NCBI GenBank assembly: GCA_002311345.1
Contig: DCAA01000006.1
Span: 14,532-78,531, forward strand
Direction: 5' to 3'
DNA length: 64,000 nt
Source of the DNA: Planctomycetes bacterium UBA1146
GTDB taxonomy: Bacteria; Planctomycetota; UBA8108; UBA1146
The position numbers and the translations under genes are program-made. Every line of letters starts with the position of its first letter. Positions within the stretch are counted from its first letter, which is position 1. The notes beneath the pieces are model-generated. The model had not been told where the DNA came from. It saw only the letters and a program-made list of their open reading frames with translations, and did no database searches. Of the stretch, positions 8,083 through 17,031 are shown piece after piece.

Positions 8083-9515
8083 CTGAGCAGGATCGGCCCT
8101 TCTAACGGAAGTTCGACATCCACCAGATATCGTTTCAGTTCCGCGGCGTTGCCGGCGACCAGTGGAGAGATTTCCACCACTCGATCGGGGATTCCATCTT
8201 CGTTGAGAGTCAGTTCGACCCCTGCTTCGATGAGCCATCGAGACCACAGCTTTTGCAACGCGGCCCGGGAAGTGTCAGGTGAATCGACTCCGGTGCCGTT
8301 CTTGACCGGAGCGAATTCCAGTTCCCGGTCAGCCTCCACCACCAGTGACCGTTCGCACAGCGGCAGAACGTCGAAGATGAAGGTCTCGAAGCGAACAGAG
8401 TTGGGTTTTTCCGACTGTTGCCATCTCCCATCGCACCAGTGACGAACCGATTTTCGGGCCTGATGGAAGGGCAACTGCAGTGCAGTTTTCTGCTCGGCAG
8501 GAGCGATGAAATCGAGATCGATGACATGGGTCGCGATGTTGCCGGCTCGAAATGACAGTTCTCCGCCCTCGTCGCGCGCATTTCGGTCCGACTCAGCCAG
8601 TTCGCTGTATTCGATAACACGCATTCGATCACCGACCTGGCAGAAAACACCTACCTTTTCCTCGGGATCGGTCTTTGCGACTGCCTTCGAGGTGAACTGG
8701 GAAGAATTGGCCAGATGCAGTCCGACCAGTTCCGGATCGGCGATCCAGGCCAGCGGATTGTCGACCTGATGGGTATAGATGTGGCGGATTCCCTTTTCGC
8801 GCAACCGCGTCGATTCCCGCTGTAGCAATCGAATCGCTCCCCCGTGGCCATCGGGACCAAACAGGATACGACCTGGTTCACTGCGCAAGATCTTGCCTCG
8901 GTGTGGATCGAGTACCGGCAACTGGTGCTGAGAGAGGATCGAGACTTCCGAGGGGGGAAGCCCGTGGAAGGAGTTGTGCCGGAAGTATTCCACCGTCTCC
9001 TCATGGTTCGAGGGGCTGGTCATGATCAACCAGTGGATGTTCTTGCCCAGTTGTTTTTGCAATCGACGAATCGATTCGGCGAACATCTGGAACAGGGTCG
9101 TTCCACTGATGGGCAATAACGGATACGCACCTTTTGGTCCTGGATGGCCGAGTCGGGTTCCCACTCCTCCGGCCACCATCAGCACCGCGACTTCCCCACG
9201 CCCGAGCGCCTCGAGCCCCTGTTGCTGGACGCCTGATCGAATCGGATCCCCCAACGTGATCCAGCGGGGAGGATCAGGGGCAGCAATTGGAGCCTGTGCT
9301 GCATCGGAATCGAGATGATCGTGAATCAATTGCTGGAGGAAGCCGAGGTCTATCCGGTGTAAATCTGCCAGCAAGGTGCGCCGCTGAGACGATTCGAGTT
9401 GTTCCCAATCGGCGAACAGGTGCTGCTGGTCCGCTTCGTAAAATTTGGCAACCACGGCCTGGTCAGCGGGATCTTCGACTCGGATCATGTGGATCCAGAC
9501 CTCCGGGATCTTCAT
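8079..9515 (-). CDS. UDP-sugar / UDP-N-acetylhexosamine pyrophosphorylase (eukaryotic-type UDPGP family).
   Basis: Nucleotide-binding signature LMVAGGVGTRLGHPGPKGAYPL (the UAP/UDPGP AGGxGTRLG motif). At 478 aa it fits the family size. Confidence 0.7.
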   Translation of the reverse strand: MKIPEVWIHMIRVEDPADQAVVAKFYEADQQHLFADWEQLESSQRRTLLADLHRIDLGFLQQLIHDHLDSDAAQAPIAAPDPPRWITLGDPIRSGVQQQGLEALGRGEVAVLMVAGGVGTRLGHPGPKGAYPLLPISGTTLFQMFAESIRRLQKQLGKNIHWLIMTSPSNHEETVEYFRHNSFHGLPPSEVSILSQHQLPVLDPHRGKILRSEPGRILFGPDGHGGAIRLLQRESTRLREKGIRHIYTHQVDNPLAWIADPELVGLHLANSSQFTSKAVAKTDPEEKVGVFCQVGDRMRVIEYSELAESDRNARDEGGELSFRAGNIATHVIDLDFIAPAEQKTALQLPFHQARKSVRHWCDGRWQQSEKPNSVRFETFIFDVLPLCERSLVVEADRELEFAPVKNGTGVDSPDTSRAALQKLWSRWLIEAGVELTLNEDGIPDRVVEISPLVAGNAAELKRYLVDVELPLEGPILLR

Positions 9516-9722
9516 CTCCTGCTCCGCATGCTGGAGCCAGCCCCCGGACCCACGGTCCGGTGGCCTGTGATGGTACGCATCCGATCTGTATGAAGCCAGA
9601 TAGCCGCTGAAGTCGAGCCGAAATGATCAGATTCTCGCCGCGGGGCAGAGACGTCACCTTGTCGCTGGGCTCCGATTCGGTTCCACTTCTGTCGGTGTGT
9701 GGCGAGATCAGGAGGGAGCCCG

Positions 9723-10664
9723 ATGGAACAGCAAGGGACCGGCGATCTGGACCGTTTCTGGCTGCGCGATGACGTCCAGCAGCAGCTTTGCGACTGGATC
9801 GATGCCGCTCTCGAGGAGGATCGAACCGATGAGGATCGGACCTCGTTGCTGTTTTCGAGCGCCCCCGACCAACTTTGCCGTGGAGTTGTCTCCACAAGAG
9901 AAGAAGGCATCGTCTGTGGAACCGCTGCGATGAGCGCGGTTTTCAAACGTCTTGCCGCTGATTGTCGAACCGCATGTCGGGTTTTGGACGGGACCCGTGT
10001 CGAATCAGGCACCGAGATCATGACGGTCGAGGGGTCTGCTGTAGTTCTGCTGGCAGGCGAGCGGATCGCCCTGAACATCGGATCTCATCTTTGTGGAATC
10101 GCGACGCGCACCGCACGATTGGTCGAGTGTGCGCCGACCGCCACCATCCTCGATACCCGTAAGAACATCCCGGGGCTTCGCATCTTTCAGAAACAGGCGG
10201 TGCGTGCCGGAGGCGGGGTCAGTCATCGAGCCGATCTGGCCGAGTTCCCGCTGGTCAAGGAGAATCACAGGGATTTGATCCAGAGTCTTCATCCAGAACT
10301 GGTCGGCGATAGGCAAGCAGAGTTGACCTTCATCCGCGACACCCTTCGTAGCGGGGGAGTGAAGGGACCGATCGCCATCGAAGTCGAGGATGAGGAGAGT
10401 TTTCGCTGTTGTCTTGGGCTCGAAATCGAGATCATCCTGGTCGACAACATCTCACCCGAGATTCTCGAGCAGTGGATCGCCCGTGCCAGGAGCGACGATC
10501 TACCGCTGCGAAATGACCAGATCGAAGCCAGTGGTGGCATCGATGAGACCTCCGCAGCCGCCTACGCCGCTGCGGGAGCCGGGCGAATCTCCAGCGGAGC
10601 CATCACCCATTCGGCACCGGTTCTCGATCTCACCATGTCGATATCCGGGGGAGGGATCGAGTGA
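9723..10664 (+). CDS. nadC: Nicotinate-nucleotide pyrophosphorylase [carboxylating] (quinolinate phosphoribosyltransferase).
   Basis: QPRTase signature region DTRKNIPGLRIFQKQAVRAGGGVSHRADLAEFPLVKENH. The start is chosen at the second ATG (9723), which is preceded by an AGGAGGGAG RBS; the track ORF begins at 9699. Confidence 0.85.
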   Translation: MEQQGTGDLDRFWLRDDVQQQLCDWIDAALEEDRTDEDRTSLLFSSAPDQLCRGVVSTREEGIVCGTAAMSAVFKRLAADCRTACRVLDGTRVESGTEIMTVEGSAVVLLAGERIALNIGSHLCGIATRTARLVECAPTATILDTRKNIPGLRIFQKQAVRAGGGVSHRADLAEFPLVKENHRDLIQSLHPELVGDRQAELTFIRDTLRSGGVKGPIAIEVEDEESFRCCLGLEIEIILVDNISPEILEQWIARARSDDLPLRNDQIEASGGIDETSAAAYAAAGAGRISSGAITHSAPVLDLTMSISGGGIE

Positions 10665-11254
10665 ACGAGCAGCAGTCCAGACTGGACGATTCGAGCCGAC
10701 AAGAAAATTTACCACCCGGTGACCCTGCAGTGAGGAATCCCTCGATGTGGCGCCGCATCCTGCAACTCGAGGGCAGTTCTCACTCCATCGCCCTCGGGAC
10801 CGCGATCGGTCTATTCGTGGCGATGACCCCTACCGTGGGGCTGCAGATGATCATCATCCTCATCATCAGTCTGGTGATCCCTGCCAACCGGCTGGCCGGT
10901 TTCATCATGGTTTACGTGTCGAATCCGCTGACGATGATACCGATCTACTGGCTCGACTACTGGGTCGGGTTGAAGTGTCTCGCCCAGGAGGGGCTGACTC
11001 GCAGTAATTTCGAGCAGCGCTGGCTCGAGGCCCAGGGCAAGGCAAGCGAAGTTGGATGGTACGAGGGGACCCTGGAGTTATTGCGTTCCATCGGGAATGA
11101 TGTTCTGGGGCCGCTGTTTCTGGGAGGAGCCATCGTGGGGTTGCTCTGTGCTCTACCTGCGTATCCGGTGACGCTACGATTGGTGCAGCAGTACCGTGAT
11201 CACAGGAAACAGGGAATCCCATCGGGGTCTGCTGACGAGGAGTCGAGCCAATGA
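10661..11254 (+). CDS. Small polytopic membrane protein, possibly DUF2062-like.
   Basis: Hydrophobic segments (GLFVAMTPTVGLQMIIILIISLVIPANRLAGFIMVYVSNPLTMIPIYWL...). It overlaps the nadC stop by ATGA. Confidence 0.45.
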   Translation: MNEQQSRLDDSSRQENLPPGDPAVRNPSMWRRILQLEGSSHSIALGTAIGLFVAMTPTVGLQMIIILIISLVIPANRLAGFIMVYVSNPLTMIPIYWLDYWVGLKCLAQEGLTRSNFEQRWLEAQGKASEVGWYEGTLELLRSIGNDVLGPLFLGGAIVGLLCALPAYPVTLRLVQQYRDHRKQGIPSGSADEESSQ

Positions 11255-11775
11255 ACACCACAGAGCCACTATTCAGATCTGCGCCCATCTCGCTGGCATT
11301 GCTGCCTCTGTTGTTACTGTTTGTGGTCACCGTTGGTCCCGGGTGTAACGGGCCAAAGCCATCACCCCACACGCTGCGACCAGGGATGCATGAGGTGGTG
11401 ATCTCGGGAAACAAGCTCTGGACTTACATCGCTGCTGATACTGCCAGTCGCCAGAGAGGTCTGATGCACCGCAGTTCCCTGCCCGAGGATGTAGGTATGT
11501 TGTTCATCTTTCCTGAGCCCAAGGTGCAGGGCTTCTGGATGAAGAACTGCGTCATCGATCTCGACATCGCATACATCGATGACGAGGGATTCATCATCGA
11601 CATCCTCCAGATGAAAGCACCGACCCCCGGGCAGGTGATCCTGCCTCGCTACCGTTCTTCGAAACCGGTTCGGTATGCCCTGGAGGCCAATGTGGGGTGG
11701 TTTTCTGCTCATGGTATCGAGCCAGGGACGAAGGTGTCTGGCTACAAGGGTCGACCTGGCTTACAGGTGCGATAG
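11251..11775 (+). CDS. DUF192 (COG1430) family secreted protein.
   Basis: Signal peptide, then the conserved core GMLFIFPEPKVQGFWMKNCVIDLDIAYIDDEGFIIDI, which is the DUF192 FWMKN...LDIAF motif. ATGA overlap with the upstream gene. Confidence 0.65.
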   Translation: MNTTEPLFRSAPISLALLPLLLLFVVTVGPGCNGPKPSPHTLRPGMHEVVISGNKLWTYIAADTASRQRGLMHRSSLPEDVGMLFIFPEPKVQGFWMKNCVIDLDIAYIDDEGFIIDILQMKAPTPGQVILPRYRSSKPVRYALEANVGWFSAHGIEPGTKVSGYKGRPGLQVR

Positions 11776-12195
11776 ATGGGATCTTGGACCGGGACCATCA
11801 CCTTGGTCGAGTCGTACGGTCATCTGCTGGCATGGGGTCTATTGCTGGTATGGGCGTCTCTGACCACAGGTATTCGAGTGGCTTCACAGCCGACTCCCAT
11901 CATGTTGGGAGCAGATCTACCATCGGCGGCTATCACCGAGCAGGTAGACCTGTGCAGGGATCCTGTCGGTCGTCTGGTTCTCATCACGGGAATCGGAGAA
12001 GTCACCGCAGGTCGAATTGTTGCCGGTAGGCGAGGTGACGAGGGTTTTTCGTGCCTCTGTCAGATTCTGCGATTACCGGGAGTTCCCGATGGACCACTGC
12101 TGGAGGCGGGCCCGTGGCTGAAACCGCGGCCTTGCTTGCCCGGATCGTGTCGCTCCCGGTTGCCGGATGGGACGTCGGTTCGACGGAAGAGATGA
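11776..12195 (+). CDS. ComEA-like helix-hairpin-helix DNA-binding protein.
   Basis: N-terminal transmembrane/signal segment, then the HhH pattern LVLITGIGEVTAGRIVAGRRGDEGFSCLCQILRLPGVPDGPLLE, comparable to ComEA LPGIG...A..I...R. Its 3' end overlaps the uvrB start by 29 nt. Confidence 0.5.
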   Translation: MGSWTGTITLVESYGHLLAWGLLLVWASLTTGIRVASQPTPIMLGADLPSAAITEQVDLCRDPVGRLVLITGIGEVTAGRIVAGRRGDEGFSCLCQILRLPGVPDGPLLEAGPWLKPRPCLPGSCRSRLPDGTSVRRKR

Positions 12196-14242
12196 GGAAC
12201 CATTGAAGTCCTTTCGCTTTCCAGGTTCATCCTTCGAGGTTCGTTCCGAGTTCGAACCCAGTGGTGATCAACCCCAGGCCATCGAGCGCATCGTTACAGG
12301 CTTGAGGCAGGAAAAAGAGGATCAGGTTCTGCTCGGCGTGACCGGCTCCGGAAAGACCTACATAATGGCCCAGGCCATCGCCAGTTACGGAAAACCAGCC
12401 ATCGTCATCTCACATAACAAGACGCTGGCAGCTCAACTTTACTCGGAGTTGAAACGGTTCTTGCCCGAGAATGCAGTCGAGTACTTCGTCTCGTACTACG
12501 ATTATTACCAGCCAGAGGCTTATCTTCCCGCGCGCGATATGTACATAGAAAAGGATGCCGGTGTCAACGCCGACCTCGATCGGCTCAGGTTGGCGACGAC
12601 GGCGAGCCTGCTCACCCGAGAAGATGTGGTGATTGTAGCGTCGGTCTCCTGCATCTACGGCCTCGGTTCCCCGGAAGCCTTCAAGGGAAAGATGATCACC
12701 CTTGTCGAGGGTGAACAGATTGATCGGGATGAATTGCTCAAGAAACTGGTCGACATCCAGTACGAGAGGAACGACTTCGAGCCGACTCGTGGTTCTTTTC
12801 GAGCCCGCGGAGATGTGGTCGAGATTCATTCAGCGGACGAAGAGGTGGCTTACCGCATCGATCTGTTCGGAGATAACATCGAGAGGATCGAACAGTTTCA
12901 TCCGGTCAGTGGGGTGGTGATCCGACAACACGACCAGCTCACCGTTTTTCCTGCGAAGCATTATCTGGTCAGTCGTCAGGACATCGATCAGGCAGTCGCC
13001 GGCATCCAGACCGAACTCCACCAGCGACTGGCAGAGTTGAGAGGCCAGGGCAAGGAACTTGAGGCGCACAGGCTCCAGTCGCGCACTCGCTACGATCTGG
13101 AATTGCTATCGGAGGTGGGATATTGCCCCGGGATCGAAAATTATTCGCGCCACCTCAGCGGGCTGGCAGCCGGTCAGAGGCCGCCGAATTTGCTCGATTA
13201 CTTTCCCGATGGATTTCTCACCATCGTCGATGAATCGCACGTCACGCTGCCACAATTGGGGGGGATGTATGAGGGGGATCGATCCCGCAAGCAAACCCTG
13301 ATCGATTACGGATTCCGCTTGCCGAGTGCTCTCGACAATCGACCGATGAGATTTGCCGAATGGGAGCAGGTGACAGGCAAGACCCTGTTCGTCAGTGCGA
13401 CTCCGGGTGCCAAGGAACTGGAGAAGACCGGTGGAGAGGTGATCGAGGTGATCAACCGTCCTACAGGCTTGCTCGATCCTCTCGTGGAGGTACGGCCAGC
13501 CACTGGCCAGGTGCAGGATTTACTCGACAGGATTCGCGAGACGTTGGCGCTGGGGGATCGAGTGCTGGTCACCACATTGACCAAGAGGATGGCCGAAGAT
13601 CTGAGCGATTTCTTCCAGGAGACCGATATCCGTGCTCGATACCTGCATTCAGAGATCGATACCCTGGAGCGGGTGGAAATCATCCAGGAGTTACGTAAGG
13701 GGGTATATGATGTGCTTGTCGGAGTAAACCTGCTGCGAGAGGGCCTCGATCTTCCCGAGGTCTCCCTGGTTGCGGTGATGGATGCTGACAAGGAAGGGTT
13801 TCTTCGCAGCGATACAGCGCTGATCCAGACGATGGGTCGTGCAGCGAGAAATGAACGAGCACGGGTAATCCTGTATGGAGATGTGATCACCGGATCGATG
13901 GAACGGGCTATCGAAGAGACCAGTCGTCGCCGCGAGATCCAGCAGGACTTCAACAAGGAGCACGGAATCGTTCCCCGGAGTATCCCGCGGGTGGTGGGGA
14001 CCACCGTCGAGGAAGAGGTGCGCGCCAGGGTCGAGGAGATCGAGCAAGGAGCCACGGAGGTTCAGACCGTCGATCGAGAGAAACTCGCAATTTCTCTCGA
14101 GGAGGAGATGCTCGAGGCAGCCCAGGCGCTCGAATTCGAGAGAGCGGCGCTGTTGCGTGATCGAATCGCAAGATTACGAGGCGAGGACCCGGACCCGGAT
14201 ACTCCATCGACTCCACCGAGGAGGCGAAGAAGGAGGCACTAA
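12167..14242 (+). CDS. uvrB: Excinuclease ABC subunit B.
   Basis: N-terminal β-hairpin/helicase region (FEVRSEFEPSGDQPQAIERIV, LLGVTGSGKTYIMA), DEAH-like helicase motifs and a C-terminal UVR domain (LEEEMLEAAQALEFERAALLRDRIARLRGE). The precise start is uncertain: ATG at 12167, or the in-frame TTG at ~12200. Confidence 0.9.
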   Translation: MGRRFDGRDEEPLKSFRFPGSSFEVRSEFEPSGDQPQAIERIVTGLRQEKEDQVLLGVTGSGKTYIMAQAIASYGKPAIVISHNKTLAAQLYSELKRFLPENAVEYFVSYYDYYQPEAYLPARDMYIEKDAGVNADLDRLRLATTASLLTREDVVIVASVSCIYGLGSPEAFKGKMITLVEGEQIDRDELLKKLVDIQYERNDFEPTRGSFRARGDVVEIHSADEEVAYRIDLFGDNIERIEQFHPVSGVVIRQHDQLTVFPAKHYLVSRQDIDQAVAGIQTELHQRLAELRGQGKELEAHRLQSRTRYDLELLSEVGYCPGIENYSRHLSGLAAGQRPPNLLDYFPDGFLTIVDESHVTLPQLGGMYEGDRSRKQTLIDYGFRLPSALDNRPMRFAEWEQVTGKTLFVSATPGAKELEKTGGEVIEVINRPTGLLDPLVEVRPATGQVQDLLDRIRETLALGDRVLVTTLTKRMAEDLSDFFQETDIRARYLHSEIDTLERVEIIQELRKGVYDVLVGVNLLREGLDLPEVSLVAVMDADKEGFLRSDTALIQTMGRAARNERARVILYGDVITGSMERAIEETSRRREIQQDFNKEHGIVPRSIPRVVGTTVEEEVRARVEEIEQGATEVQTVDREKLAISLEEEMLEAAQALEFERAALLRDRIARLRGEDPDPDTPSTPPRRRRRRH

Positions 14243-16891
14243 ATGGGAGCGACTGGTGACCAAGCTCCTGAAATTCCCGGCTTTCAGCCCCTGCACATCC
14301 GCGGAGCCGGGCGGCTGGGGATCTGGATCGAGGCGCGCCAGGTGCGTCTCGATCGGCGCGTATTGCTGAAGGTGCTTCCGGCGGCAGAGCAAAGCCTTCA
14401 GCAGGAGTTCGTGCGGGAGGTACAGGCGCTGGTTCGACTCGATGGCGAGGGTGCCCTTCGAGTCATCGATGAGGGCGCGGTCGGTGCAGCCCGTTATGTT
14501 GCCCTCGATGAGGGTGAGGCACTGCCCCTGAAAGGTCCTCTTCAGGATCCGCGGGACAAACTCCAACTCGGTTGCTCGATGCTCGATTTGTATCAACAAC
14601 TGCATGCCCTCGAAATCGTTGCCGGCCCCATTCCCGCCAGTGCGCTGAGAAGGCTTCCATCGGGCGGATTCGTGGTTGCGGAAATGGGAGCGGTCGAGGA
14701 GCAAGGCTCCGAGCAAGAAATCCGTAATCGCGCCGCCATCACCATCGAACAAATGGCGGCAATATTCAGGTTGGGAGCGCCCTGGCCCGAGGTCGCGCGA
14801 GTTATTCGCAATGAGGTCGACGGATTCCGCAAGGCCCGTGGGGTCATCGATCGCCATCAACTCGCGCCGACACGAGTTCGTTCGAGAATCGCCTTGCTGG
14901 TCGGGGTTGTTCTGATCGTTGCTGTCGGTTTTCTCGGGCCTCGCTGGTGGCGAGAGGTCAAACGGGACCCTGTTGATGAGGGGTTGCCACCGGTGACTGT
15001 TTCCTCGTCGGTAGATGAAGAAGGTGATCCGAAATCAGGGGATTCGGCTGATGAAGGTGATCCAGGTGCTGCCCCGGATCAATCTGCGACCGGAGATTCT
15101 CGACAAAGTGATGAAATTGCAAGAACACGAATCGAGCAACAGGATCTTTTGCAGCGGCAATTCTCCACCTGGGAAGTGTGGTGGCCGCGTCGTGATCAGA
15201 TCCTGAATCTTCTGGAAGCCGGAGAACTTGCCGCCGGCCGTCGCCTGCTGGCAAGTCTTCCCCCCGTGATCGAGGATAGTGATGCATACGGATCGATGAC
15301 CGCGGAAAAGGAATCGCTGTTGCAGGCCTGGCTGTGGATCGAGCAGCGTGCCGTGGCCCGGGCGAGAGCCCGAATCGATGCTTCCGTCTCCGTCGACGCT
15401 TATGAAGTTGCAGCGGATGCACTGGCTGAACTGGCGAGAGATCTTGGACTCGAGCAGCGCTATTCGCCCGAAATCGAGCGTCTGAAGAGGCGCGGCCAGT
15501 TGTTTCGCACCACACTGGCGACGATGGAACGGCGGATGGAGCAGGTGTTGCTAGAACTCCCGTCATTCGGGGTGACTTCGTGGCCACTTCCGCAAGGAGT
15601 GAGCTCCTTCGAAGGACTGCATCGGCGGTGGAACTCCTTCGAGCGCGACTGTCAATTCGCACAGCAAGACGTCCAATCCATCCTCGATGCAGCGAAGGCC
15701 CGCCTCGAAGCGGACGAGTTGTTTTTCTGGAGTGTCAAAGACGGAGGACCTCTGATTGCAAGGTCGTTCGAGGCGCGGGTCACTGCGGTCGATGAAAACA
15801 CCATCTCCTTGCGCAGGGTGGGGCGCCGAAATCCGGAGGTTCATCCCTGGAATACTGTTCACGGGAGCACCCTCGAGCAAATGGCCATCGAGGCAGGCAG
15901 AGAAGTTACCGATAGTTTTCGCTTTCGCGCCCGGGTTCGCACCGTCTGGGGTGGCAGTGAGTCGATTCTAGAGATCGCCCGCGATCCCAGGAGCGCCGAG
16001 GAGGTGCTCGGGACCGCCGGGCGCCTCTGTTGGCAACGAGTCGAGCAATGGCTTGCCGATGGTGAACTGGCCGAACAGCAAGGAGACGTGCAGCGCCAGA
16101 GGTCGCGAGCCGTCGAAATTGCCCGCTGGGTGGAAAAAGATCAGCGTCCGCAGGTCGAGAAGAGACTTCTGAGGTGGTGGGCGGCATTGGCAGACAGGGA
16201 TGGTCCCGCGGCTCTTGGTCTCTTTCGCGAGGCGGGCCTCAGCGAGTGGGATCCGACCACCCGATCTCTACAGATCCGGTCGCTTGCCGATGAACGAGGT
16301 CTACCGGGTTGGAAACCCACGGACGGATCTTCGATCTCGAGCAGAGGTGAACTGGCCTGGGTTCAGGGACGTGTCCATCTCGATTCCCCCGTACGGTTTT
16401 CAACCAGCCTCGAGGTTCGGGTTATCGGGTTGGTGACGCGCGAAGATGCTCCCAATTTCAATATGGTGCTGTGGGACGGGAGTTCGGATTCGTTGCTGTT
16501 CGGGGTCGGAATCCGTCCCCCCCAGGTCTCCTCGATTCGTGTCGGCGAGGTGGATGTCCTACTTCCGGCCCACATGATCATCGAGGAGAAACTGCTCGCC
16601 GAAGGGGGCGGGGAAATCCCGATGCCCGCTCCCCGACCACGGGTTGTCCCCGGGAAACCGTCGCGGTTGATGGTTCGTGAGGATGGAGAGGGAGCTTCTC
16701 TGGAGGTCGATGGAACGATGGTCATCGAAGCTGATCCGCGTCCTGTGGCTCTGCTGGGAGGAGTCGCGATCGAGACCTTCGGGGTTCCCGTGGTGATCCG
16801 GGAAGTGGTTATCGTGGGCAGAATCGCCCGTGATGACTGGTTCGAATTGCTCCAAAAAAGTGCCAGATCGGCGCTGTGGAACGATAGATAG
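14243..16891 (+). CDS. Single-pass membrane protein with an N-terminal kinase-like domain that looks like a pseudokinase, plus a ~650-aa extracytoplasmic region.
   Basis: Residues 1-200 follow the Hanks order. There is a degenerate glycine loop (GAGRLGIW), then VLLKVLP with a lysine and EFVREVQAL with a glutamate, but no HRD and no DFG (the corresponding stretches read LHALEIVAGP and FVVAEMGAV). A transmembrane segment follows (IALLVGVVLIVAVGFLG). The start codon directly abuts the uvrB stop (TAA-ATG). Confidence 0.55.
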   Translation: MGATGDQAPEIPGFQPLHIRGAGRLGIWIEARQVRLDRRVLLKVLPAAEQSLQQEFVREVQALVRLDGEGALRVIDEGAVGAARYVALDEGEALPLKGPLQDPRDKLQLGCSMLDLYQQLHALEIVAGPIPASALRRLPSGGFVVAEMGAVEEQGSEQEIRNRAAITIEQMAAIFRLGAPWPEVARVIRNEVDGFRKARGVIDRHQLAPTRVRSRIALLVGVVLIVAVGFLGPRWWREVKRDPVDEGLPPVTVSSSVDEEGDPKSGDSADEGDPGAAPDQSATGDSRQSDEIARTRIEQQDLLQRQFSTWEVWWPRRDQILNLLEAGELAAGRRLLASLPPVIEDSDAYGSMTAEKESLLQAWLWIEQRAVARARARIDASVSVDAYEVAADALAELARDLGLEQRYSPEIERLKRRGQLFRTTLATMERRMEQVLLELPSFGVTSWPLPQGVSSFEGLHRRWNSFERDCQFAQQDVQSILDAAKARLEADELFFWSVKDGGPLIARSFEARVTAVDENTISLRRVGRRNPEVHPWNTVHGSTLEQMAIEAGREVTDSFRFRARVRTVWGGSESILEIARDPRSAEEVLGTAGRLCWQRVEQWLADGELAEQQGDVQRQRSRAVEIARWVEKDQRPQVEKRLLRWWAALADRDGPAALGLFREAGLSEWDPTTRSLQIRSLADERGLPGWKPTDGSSISSRGELAWVQGRVHLDSPVRFSTSLEVRVIGLVTREDAPNFNMVLWDGSSDSLLFGVGIRPPQVSSIRVGEVDVLLPAHMIIEEKLLAEGGGEIPMPAPRPRVVPGKPSRLMVREDGEGASLEVDGTMVIEADPRPVALLGGVAIETFGVPVVIREVVIVGRIARDDWFELLQKSARSALWNDR

Positions 16892-17031
16892 GGCTACGGG
16901 CTCACCTTGCCCCAATTGCTCGCTCCGCCTAGACTCGTGGTCACCGCCAGTACTTCGCATCCGTGGCGTCATTCGGGGTCTGTCGAGGGCGGGAGTTCGT
17001 CATCTGGATTGACAGTCGTTAGGAGAATTCG

